This document shows positions 30,203 to 38,050 of a stretch of 64,000 nucleotides of DNA, in pieces. The notes under the pieces were generated by a model. That model was given only the letters and a program-made list of their open reading frames with translations, did no database searches and was not told the DNA's origin. The first letter of the stretch is position 1. Each line of letters starts with the position of its first letter. A program made the position numbers and the translations under genes. The stretch comes from an uncultured Chthonomonadaceae bacterium (GTDB taxonomy: Bacteria; Armatimonadota; Chthonomonadetes; Chthonomonadales; Chthonomonadaceae): positions 1 through 64,000 of the forward strand of contig CAWIEK010000060.1 of assembly GCA_963835065.1 (NCBI GenBank), given 5' to 3'.

Positions 30203-30275
30203 GAAACAAAGGCCAGAGATACGCGCAATTCACGGAACCGTTCGTCCCGCTTTTGCAGCGCATCTCTGGCCTCTC
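30203..30275 (-). terminator. Long hairpin with a U-rich tail inside the 5' leader of the kinase operon (attenuator candidate)
   Basis: Minus strand AGGCCAGAGAT...ATCTCTGGCCT followed by TTGTTTC. Confidence 0.6.
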
Positions 30276-30447
30276 ATGCGACAATCAGCGCTTATTTGTG
30301 AGCGCAAACCTTCGCAACGGCAACCAGAAAAGTTTGAAATTATTTGCTACTAAGAGCGATAGCCCGGCTCCCGGTCGAAAAGAACATGTACAAGTACAAA
30401 TGCGCTATTTCGTCAGGAACCCTGAAGCCTTGCTCCACCTATACTTC

Positions 30448-30476
30448 ATTATCGCATAATTCGGCGCGGGTGTCAA
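30448..30476 (-). promoter_or_regulatory. sigma70-type promoter for the kinase operon
   Basis: TTGACA, 17 bp spacer, GATAAT with an extended -10 TG. Confidence 0.75.
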
Positions 30477-30494
30477 CGGCAAAACCGTCCGTAT

Positions 30495-30923
30495 TTACCG
30501 GTTTGTCTTGATTGCGTTGCTCACGGCTTCGCGGTTGATGATGACCGCTTCTTCCGGGGTCAGGTGATAGCGGGCGCGCGTCTGGGCTTGAAACTGCCTG
30601 TTCAGGCGCATGCTCAGGCGGCTTTGCTGGTTCTGCTGCTTGTTGGCGGCAGGCGTACCCGCTGTGGCCGTGACGGGAACGCGCTGCCTGGCGGCGTCGG
30701 CGGCACGGCCTTCCGATTTCGCCAGTTCCCCGGCAATGCGCGTTCTCTGCTCCGCTGTGAACCGCTTATGCACACTGGCTTTTGCCCGATTGTAGCGGGA
30801 AAGGTACGCTTTGTCTTTGTGCCCGTTGAAGGGCCGATAGTCCTTTTGCGCGCCGCTCAACATCGGCACGGACGTCATTAGCACGGACAGCGCAAGGATC
30901 GTTTGGAATCGTCGCCTACTCAT
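30495..30923 (-). CDS. Secreted basic hypothetical protein
   Basis: GAGGAG RBS; signal peptide MSRRRFQTILALSVLM. Confidence 0.7.
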   Translation of the reverse strand: MSRRRFQTILALSVLMTSVPMLSGAQKDYRPFNGHKDKAYLSRYNRAKASVHKRFTAEQRTRIAGELAKSEGRAADAARQRVPVTATAGTPAANKQQNQQSRLSMRLNRQFQAQTRARYHLTPEEAVIINREAVSNAIKTNR

Positions 30924-31214
30924 CTTCTTATTCTCCTCTGAATGGTACTGCTTTGAATGATACTGCAAGGATGCTGCAGAAACACTACAGTCGTGAGACA
31001 CACGGCGTCAGTGAACAAAAGATTACCGCCGCATAGCCTGTCAGAGTATACAACTTTTCACCCCCTTTTACGACTGCCTTGCTGTCGCATATCATCGTTT
31101 TTCCTGAAATTCCAAAATATGCCATACTATAGCGGCAGACATGCTTTTGCGCCTCCGTCAGCTTTGCCAACAGGAGTAAGAGAGGGTTGTCAGCGCCGGT
31201 TTGATCTCCCGAAG

Positions 31215-31228
31215 TTGAAACGTTTCAA
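31215..31228. promoter_or_regulatory. Perfect palindrome TTGAAACGTTTCAA, LacI-family-like operator
   Basis: 14 bp perfect palindrome with central CG, 150 bp upstream of the SBP-OmpA gene. Confidence 0.5.
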
Positions 31229-31377
31229 TGCGCCTTTACGTCAACTATTGCATCATCAGGCTTGTATTGCCATCTCGCGCAAAGGAACTACTCTGCGCCT
31301 GTATTGGCGATAGGATGCAGGCCGTTGCAAAGGCGCGACAATGATCACAAAGGTGTTGTCCAAAGGAGAATGTACTG

Positions 31378-33192
31378 ATGAAGCTTAAGCCGACCGGGAA
31401 ACTTGTAGTTCTGATACTGGCTGTTGGGTTGGCGTTTGGATTGTGGCGGTTTTGGAAGCGGTTCGGGAGCGCGATTGCGCCGGAAGCCCAAACCACAAGC
31501 GCCGTTGTGCCGAAATCGGCAAACTTGCCGAACGTGGACCCGGCGCAGCCGGCCAATAACAACGGGGGCGGCAATGTGGTCCTGCCCGGCGACGCGCCCG
31601 GCGTGCCCGACAAACCCGAAGTGCGCTTTTTGGGCTATGCCTGGAACGCGCAAATGGGACTGCTTTTTGCCAATGGCGGCCCGCAGGCCACAGCCGGCAG
31701 CCTGATGGCAAAACATGGCGTCAACCTCAAATTCGCCCGCCAGGACGATAACAACAAATTGCAGGAAGCGCTCACGGCCTTTGCCACCGAACTGAGTCAA
31801 GGCAACGCCAACCCGCAAAAGGGCGCGCACTTCGTCACCATCATGGGCGACGGCAGCGCGGCGTTTTTGAAGCCGCTCAACGACACGCTGCGCCGATTGG
31901 GACCGGAGTATCAGGCCAAAGTGGTCGGATCGTGCGGCTACTCTCATGGCGAAGACAAGTTCATGGGGCCGGCGGCGTGGAAAGCCAATCCTCCGTCGAG
32001 CCGGGGCGGGTTTGTGGCCGGCGTTTTGCGCGACGGCGACTGGAACATCGCGCAAAAGTGGTTAGGCGACAACGGCCTGCGCACCAATCCCGATGAAAAA
32101 ACGTATGATCCTGATGCGCTCAACTGGGTCAATGCTTCCGATTACCTGGATGCCGCGCAAAAGTACATCGCGGGCTACGCCGAAGACCGCCCCGTCGTGC
32201 GCAACGGCAAGCGAACGGGCGAGACAAAGCATGTGGTTGTAGATGGCGTGGTGACATGGACGCCGGGTGACGTGAACGTGGCCGAAAAGAAGGGCGGGCT
32301 GGTATCTATCGTTTCCACGAAGGAATACAGTTCGCAGATGCCGTGCATCATCATCGGCATTGACAAGTGGATGAAGAACAATCGCCCCACCGTAGATGGC
32401 ATGCTGATGGCGATTGCCGAAGGTGGCGACGCGGTAAAGTCCAATCCGTCCGCCCTGCAAAAAGCCGCAGCGGTCAGCGCGCAGGTCTACCATGAGTCCG
32501 ACCCCGCGTATTGGGAGCGCTACTACAAGGGCGCTTCGGAGCCGGACAAAACGGGAGTGCCAATTGATCTGGGCGGGTCGAGCGCGAGTAACCTGGCCGA
32601 AATGCTGCTGACGTTCGGACTGGTGAGTGGGTCGGCAAACCTGTACGAAGCCACGTACCGCGTGTTCGGTGATATTGTGGTCGCGCAGTACCCGCAGCTT
32701 CTGCCGAACTACCAGCCGATAAGCGAGGTTATGGATACGACGTACCTTCAGGATATCGTGAAAAAAGCCGCGCCGACAACCGCAACCGTCGCTTCCGCCA
32801 AGCCGAAGTACCAGAACACCAAAAAAGTAACCAGCGTGGTCAGCCGCCGCGCCTGGAACATCCACTTCGAAACAGGCAAAGCCGCGCTCGCGCCCGACTC
32901 AAAGCGCATGGTGGAGCAACTGGGACGTGAGGCGCTGGTTGCCAGTGGAACCGTCGTTGAAATTCACGGCCATACCGACAATCAGGGAACGCCGTCCGCG
33001 AATATGGCCCTGTCGGAATCCCGCGCCTTTGCTGTGAAGAAGCGATTGGAGCAGGCGTACCCGGTCAACTTCCCGCCGGGGCGTATTCGCGTCTTCGCGC
33101 ACGGTTCCGAAAATCCCATTTCGGAAAACGCCACGCCGCAGGGCCGCGCCCAAAACCGCCGCGTAGAAATCATATTAGGAACAGGCGGGTAA
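31378..33192 (+). CDS. Membrane-anchored periplasmic-binding-protein-like domain fused to an OmpA-like peptidoglycan-binding domain
   Basis: N-terminal TM helix; C-terminal IHFETG, IHGHTD, LSESRA, NRRVEI; SBP role inferred from the adjacent ABC genes and the VTWTPGD motif. Confidence 0.82.
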   Translation: MKLKPTGKLVVLILAVGLAFGLWRFWKRFGSAIAPEAQTTSAVVPKSANLPNVDPAQPANNNGGGNVVLPGDAPGVPDKPEVRFLGYAWNAQMGLLFANGGPQATAGSLMAKHGVNLKFARQDDNNKLQEALTAFATELSQGNANPQKGAHFVTIMGDGSAAFLKPLNDTLRRLGPEYQAKVVGSCGYSHGEDKFMGPAAWKANPPSSRGGFVAGVLRDGDWNIAQKWLGDNGLRTNPDEKTYDPDALNWVNASDYLDAAQKYIAGYAEDRPVVRNGKRTGETKHVVVDGVVTWTPGDVNVAEKKGGLVSIVSTKEYSSQMPCIIIGIDKWMKNNRPTVDGMLMAIAEGGDAVKSNPSALQKAAAVSAQVYHESDPAYWERYYKGASEPDKTGVPIDLGGSSASNLAEMLLTFGLVSGSANLYEATYRVFGDIVVAQYPQLLPNYQPISEVMDTTYLQDIVKKAAPTTATVASAKPKYQNTKKVTSVVSRRAWNIHFETGKAALAPDSKRMVEQLGREALVASGTVVEIHGHTDNQGTPSANMALSESRAFAVKKRLEQAYPVNFPPGRIRVFAHGSENPISENATPQGRAQNRRVEIILGTGG

Positions 33193-33203
33193 ACGTCTAA
33201 ACT

Positions 33204-34143
33204 ATGAACGAAACCGGCAAAATAAAGACTTCTCCGATTGTGGCGGAAACGGCAGGGGCGCCGACAGCCGACAAAGTGATTGTGGCGGGCGCGCATGGCA
33301 ATGCCGCGCTGAAAGTGGGCGATCTTACGCCCGGTGAGCGCGGGCATGGCGCGGCAGGAAGATGGATTGACATCTTCCTGCCCAATCGCGCCGTGTCGCC
33401 CATGACGATGCGCCTGATCGTGCTGGCGGAAGTGGCGATTGCGCTGCTGATTTGGATACGCTCACCGTTCAAGGTGCTTCCCCTGCCCGGCGAAGTGCTG
33501 ACGGCGCTGCGCTCCCTGTGGTTCACACAGGGGTTGGGGCCGGAACTGTATACCAGTTTCCTGCTCAACGTTCGCGCCCTGGCGTGGTCTTCGGTATCTG
33601 TCATTGGGACTGGCCTATTTAACCGTGATTCCGATTTTTCGCCCGCTTGCCGCAGCAGTATCAAAAGGGCGCTTTCTCAGTCTGGCAGGCTTTACGTTCG
33701 TGTTTACGCTGATGTTTGCGGGCGGCGCGGCGCTGAAAACGTCCCTGCTTGTCTTTGCCGTGACCGTGTTTTATGTCACTTCTATGGCGGCAGTGATCGC
33801 CGCGATTCCTAAAGGCAACTTCGATTATGCCCGGACGCTGCGCATGAGCGAGTGGCAGATTGTGTGGGAAGTGGTGATTTTGGGAACGGCGGACAAGGCG
33901 TTTGAAGTGCTGCGCCAGAACGCCGCTATTGGCTGGATGATGCTGACGATGGTGGAAGGCATTTCGCGCTCCGAAGGCGGCGTGGGGGCCGTGCTGCTCA
34001 ACCAGACCAAGTATCTCCGCCTCCCCGAAGTGTTCGCCATTCAAATCGTGATTTTAATTGTCGGCTTGTTTCAGGATTACGCTATTGGCGCGGCGCGACG
34101 CCTCGTTTGTCCCTACGCCGACCTGACACTGGAAAGAAAGTAG
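33204..34143 (+). CDS. ABC transporter permease (NitT/TauT-like); frameshift near 33603
   Basis: LPLPGEVL, EAA-like FDYARTLRMS loop, GWMMLTMVE. Confidence 0.85.
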
Positions 34144-34216
34144 AAATAGCTTCTCCTCGCAGGAGAGGAGCAACAAAATAGCCCCTCTCCTCGCAGGAGA
34201 GGGGTTGGGGTGAGGT

Positions 34217-35038
34217 ATGGCCGCCGTTCAATACGAATATGGAGAAACGCTGCTCAAAGTCTCCGGCGTCAACAAGAAACTTGGCGGCGAAACGATTTTG
34301 CGCGACGTTGATCTGGAAGTGAAAGACATTCTGCGCAAAGGGTTCACGCAGGGGCAGGTTATCGGCCTGCTTGGGCCGTCCGGGGTGGGCAAAACCACGC
34401 TGTTTCGCTTGCTGGCGGGGCTGGACATGCCGGACAGCGGCTCTATTATAGTTGAAAACAAGCCCGTTCACCGGGGAATGGTCGGCGTTGTGGCGCAAAA
34501 CTATCCCCTGTTTGAACATCGGACGGTGCTGTCGAATTTGCGGGTGGCGGGCAGATTGGGGCATCTGCCACAAGCGCAGGCGACAGCGCTGGCACAATCC
34601 CTGCTGGCGCGGTTCGGACTGGAAGCGCAGGCCAACAAGTACCCGGTTCAGCTTTCGGGCGGGCAGCGTCAGCGCGTGGCGATTGCGCAGCAGTTCATGT
34701 GCAGCGAGCATTTGCTGCTGATGGACGAGCCGTTTTCCGGCCTGGATCTGGTGGCGCAGGAAAGCGTCTGCGCCTTAATCCGCGAAATGGCGCAAACCGA
34801 TGAACTGAAAACGTTTGTGATCGTCACCCACGACATTGCCGCCGCGCTGGCCGTCGTGGATACCATCTGGCTTTTGGGCCGGGACCGGGACGCGCAGGGA
34901 CGAATCGTGCCCGGCGCGCGTATTCAAGCCGTATACAATTGCGTGGAACGCGGCGTCGCCTGGCGCGAAGACGGCCCCTCCTCGCCGGAATTTTTGGAAC
35001 TGCTGCGCGAAATCCGAACGGTGTTTGTCAATTTGTAG
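34217..35038 (+). CDS. ABC transporter ATP-binding protein (NitT/TauT-like)
   Basis: GPSGVGKT, LSGGQRQR, LMDEPFSGLD, VTHD. Confidence 0.93.
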   Translation: MAAVQYEYGETLLKVSGVNKKLGGETILRDVDLEVKDILRKGFTQGQVIGLLGPSGVGKTTLFRLLAGLDMPDSGSIIVENKPVHRGMVGVVAQNYPLFEHRTVLSNLRVAGRLGHLPQAQATALAQSLLARFGLEAQANKYPVQLSGGQRQRVAIAQQFMCSEHLLLMDEPFSGLDLVAQESVCALIREMAQTDELKTFVIVTHDIAAALAVVDTIWLLGRDRDAQGRIVPGARIQAVYNCVERGVAWREDGPSSPEFLELLREIRTVFVNL

Positions 35039-35122
35039 GGAACAGGGAACAGCAAATACATAAAACATGAGTTTTAGGTAAGCGCTCATTCCCTGTTCCC
35101 TGTTCCCTGTTCCCTGTTCCCT
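35038..35122. repeat. Inverted heptamer arrays (GGGAACA)n / (TGTTCCC)n
   Basis: Visible directly between the ATPase gene and the next gene. Confidence 0.85.
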
Positions 35123-36091
35123 ATGCCAATGCCTAAACATAACCGTATCCTCGAAGCCATGAAGGAAAGCTACAACGCGGTCGGCCTTGCCGGGGCGGTG
35201 GCGCTTTCTGCCGCCCTGCTCAATCCCCTGCCGCTGCTGGCCGCCCTTGTCGCCGAGGCTGCGTATCTCCTGTTTGTGCCGGATTCCAAATGGTACGCGG
35301 ATCGGCTGGCAAAGCGTTACGATGCCGAAATCGAGCAGCAACGCCAACTGATGAAGGCGCAAACGCTGACCCTGCTGCGGCCTGAAATGCAGGAGCGGTT
35401 CGCGCATCTGGAAGATATGCGTCGGCAGATAGACGCGCAATCGGCGGAAGACAAGGCGTGGTTTCGGGAAGTGCTGCGGAAACTGGATTACCTGCTGGAT
35501 AAGTTTCTGCTGTTCGCGGGCAAGGAAGTACAGTTTCGCGCTTATCTGGAACAGCTTCAAAACGAAATTCATCCCTCCGGCGGCACGGGCTACGCGCAGA
35601 ATTGGAATGTGGAGCGTGACCGCAATGCGTCGCGCGCCCATTCCCGTGACGCAGAGCGCGATACGCCCCACGCCAAGCGCAGGCTGGTGTCGGATATAGC
35701 GGGAGTTGGCAATTCGTATTCCACAGACGAGTGGACGCAGAAGGTTGTGGGCGAGATACAGGCGCATTACGCGCAGGAAGCCGACAAATTAGGCCAATCG
35801 CTGTCAGCCGAAACGGATGACGCGACCCGTTCCATACTGCAAAAGCGAACCGACATTTTGCAGCGCCGTAATGAATTTGTCGGCAAAATCGGCAGAATAC
35901 TCGTCAACCTGAACCATCAGCTTCAACTGGTCGAAGATACCTTCGGACTAATCAATGATGAAATCCGCGCCCGCTCCCCCGAACAAATACTGGCCGATGT
36001 GGAAGAAGTGGTTGTCGCAACGGATACGATGGCGTCGTCGCTTCAGGAATTGGCTTCCGTCGAGCAGATGATGGCGCGGCTGGCGTCGTAG
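35123..36091 (+). CDS. N-terminally membrane-anchored coiled-coil protein
   Basis: Hydrophobic hairpin in the first ~50 aa followed by long amphipathic helices. Confidence 0.78.
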   Translation: MPMPKHNRILEAMKESYNAVGLAGAVALSAALLNPLPLLAALVAEAAYLLFVPDSKWYADRLAKRYDAEIEQQRQLMKAQTLTLLRPEMQERFAHLEDMRRQIDAQSAEDKAWFREVLRKLDYLLDKFLLFAGKEVQFRAYLEQLQNEIHPSGGTGYAQNWNVERDRNASRAHSRDAERDTPHAKRRLVSDIAGVGNSYSTDEWTQKVVGEIQAHYAQEADKLGQSLSAETDDATRSILQKRTDILQRRNEFVGKIGRILVNLNHQLQLVEDTFGLINDEIRARSPEQILADVEEVVVATDTMASSLQELASVEQMMARLAS

Positions 36092-36166
36092 CCCTCAACC
36101 CCCGGCCCCTTCTCCCAAAAAGCCTGGGAGAAGGGGAGCCATGAACATTTAAGGAAAACGCTTGCT

Positions 36167-36955
36167 ATGAGCCTTCGGAATACATTGCGTAAAGCGGCGG
36201 GACTTTTGGTGGAGTTGCCGCCGGATGAGGAAGAAGCCACGCCCCATGCGCAGGGGAACACGGGCGGTACGAGTGGCGGAAGTGGCGCGACGGATCAGAT
36301 GTGGGCGGAATTGGAAAAGGCCGCGCAGAAGCCGCAGGCATCCACATCCGGCGGGGTTCCGTTCGCGTCGCCAGCCGCTTCCAAGACCGTCGAGCAGATC
36401 GCGCGCGAGGAGCATGGGCCGAATTTAGACCAGATTCAGGTCACGTCGCAGGCCGTACACCCGGACGCGCATTTGAGCGGTACACTGGATTTCAACAGCA
36501 TTTACGAGGCGGCGCATTTGCCTGCCGCGCCGTTCAGCGCCGAGCAGGTGCTTGCCATGTTTGCCGAATTGCCTGCCGAAGTGCCGATGCAAACCAAGCG
36601 GCAGATGATGAAAGTCTCCATCAATGCGATGGGCAAAGCGATTGGCGCATCCCCCGAAAGCATTGTGGCGGACGCTTCGCGCAAACTGGCGGCGCTGACG
36701 GCGTATACGGAACATCTCACCCAAACCACGCAGGAATACACGAACGTTTCGGCGCAAAAAATCGCCGAACTGGAAGCCGAAATAGATAAAATTCGCGTAG
36801 CGGTTGCCACTGCGCAGCAGCGGCAGTTCCGCGAAACGCAGATTTGTACCGAAGAATCGCACCGACTGGACGACGTGCTGGAATTTTTTAGCCTGGACGT
36901 TCCGCCCTCCAAATATGCGGACACGAATCCCAACGGCCTGACAACATCCTCCTGA
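36167..36955 (+). CDS. Soluble coiled-coil hypothetical protein
   Basis: Amphipathic N-terminus, low-complexity linker, DFNSIYEAA helical domain, C-terminal heptads. Confidence 0.78.
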   Translation: MSLRNTLRKAAGLLVELPPDEEEATPHAQGNTGGTSGGSGATDQMWAELEKAAQKPQASTSGGVPFASPAASKTVEQIAREEHGPNLDQIQVTSQAVHPDAHLSGTLDFNSIYEAAHLPAAPFSAEQVLAMFAELPAEVPMQTKRQMMKVSINAMGKAIGASPESIVADASRKLAALTAYTEHLTQTTQEYTNVSAQKIAELEAEIDKIRVAVATAQQRQFRETQICTEESHRLDDVLEFFSLDVPPSKYADTNPNGLTTSS

Positions 36956-37002
36956 ATTTGATACCGATGCAATGAGCGTTTTGCTTCACAAACAACACCA
37001 TC

Positions 37003-37112
37003 GTAGGGGCGCAATTTATTGTGCCCGCATTGCTGGCGATTGCGATGGGGATGGGGCAATGTCAGGAGCGGGCGCTTGTGCCGAGAGCGGGCGCAATAAA
37101 TTGCGCCCCTGC
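37003..37112. repeat. GTAG-type REP doublet (REPIN-like)
   Basis: GTAGGGGCGCAATTTATTGTGCCC and inverted GGGCGCAATAAATTGCGCCCCTGC. Confidence 0.75.
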
Positions 37113-37135
37113 GAAGGTTTATCACAGAGGGCAGC

Positions 37136-37747
37136 ATGTGGGGACAAGGATTTAAGAACAGCAAAGCCGAAGTATGGAAACAGCTTTCCGATAAGATCGG
37201 GGCGCGATTTGTGGCCGGTGATTTGCTGCATGAGGATCGCGTTGAGGCGCACGTTGACGGCTGGACATTGACCTTAGATACGCGCCGGGAACCGGTCGGC
37301 AGGGCAACGGTGACGTATACTCGGCTTCGCGCCCCGTTCGTCAACAAGCAGGGGTTCCGTTTTTGCATCTACACCCAAACCCTGTTTAGCGGCGTGGGAA
37401 AGTTTTTGGGGATGCAGGATGTTGAAATCGGCGACCCGGCTTTCGACGCGCAGTACATCATCAAAGGCAATGACGAAGCCAGAGTACGCGCCCTGCTTGC
37501 CGATAAGCGCCTGCGCGAACTGATTGCCGGTCAGCCTGCTTTGTATCTGGAAGTAAAAGATGATGAAGGCTGGTTCGGCGCGCGCTTTCCACAGGGCGTA
37601 GACGAGTTGTATTTTCAAACACACGGCGTCATTACGGACGCAAGCCAACTCGAATCGCTCTACGAACTGTTCGCGGAAGCCCTGCATCAACTCTGCCATA
37701 TCGGTTCCGCGTCACCCGACGATCCCCATGTTCCGCATCTCGCGTGA
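37136..37747 (+). CDS. DUF3137-like protein
   Basis: YTRLRAPF, LGMQDVEIGDPAFDAQYIIKG. Confidence 0.65.
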   Translation: MWGQGFKNSKAEVWKQLSDKIGARFVAGDLLHEDRVEAHVDGWTLTLDTRREPVGRATVTYTRLRAPFVNKQGFRFCIYTQTLFSGVGKFLGMQDVEIGDPAFDAQYIIKGNDEARVRALLADKRLRELIAGQPALYLEVKDDEGWFGARFPQGVDELYFQTHGVITDASQLESLYELFAEALHQLCHIGSASPDDPHVPHLA

Positions 37748-37790
37748 ACATTCGATGTTCTGTCTCAGCAGACGAAATTAGGGATTAAAA

Positions 37791-38018
37791 ATGTCCTTTC
37801 CGCTTTTGGATGCCTGGCGCAAGTGGCGAAATCGGAGCCGCTACGATTTGAACAAATTGCGCATCGTGGACGAACGGCAAAAAGCGCGCCCGGAAGAGCC
37901 GGAAGCAGACGCGCCCACCGCCGCGCCCCGCAATCACGCCTACTGCCGCCACTGCGATTCGTCCATGTCGCAGGCGTACTCCATTTGTCCTCATTGCGGG
38001 ATTCCGCTTGGGAGTTAA
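37791..38018 (+). CDS. Small zinc-ribbon protein
   Basis: YCRHC...ICPHCG. Confidence 0.7.
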   Translation: MSFPLLDAWRKWRNRSRYDLNKLRIVDERQKARPEEPEADAPTAAPRNHAYCRHCDSSMSQAYSICPHCGIPLGS

Positions 38019-38050
38019 ATTATTTCAGGTTGAGCAAAGGAGTTGAACTC

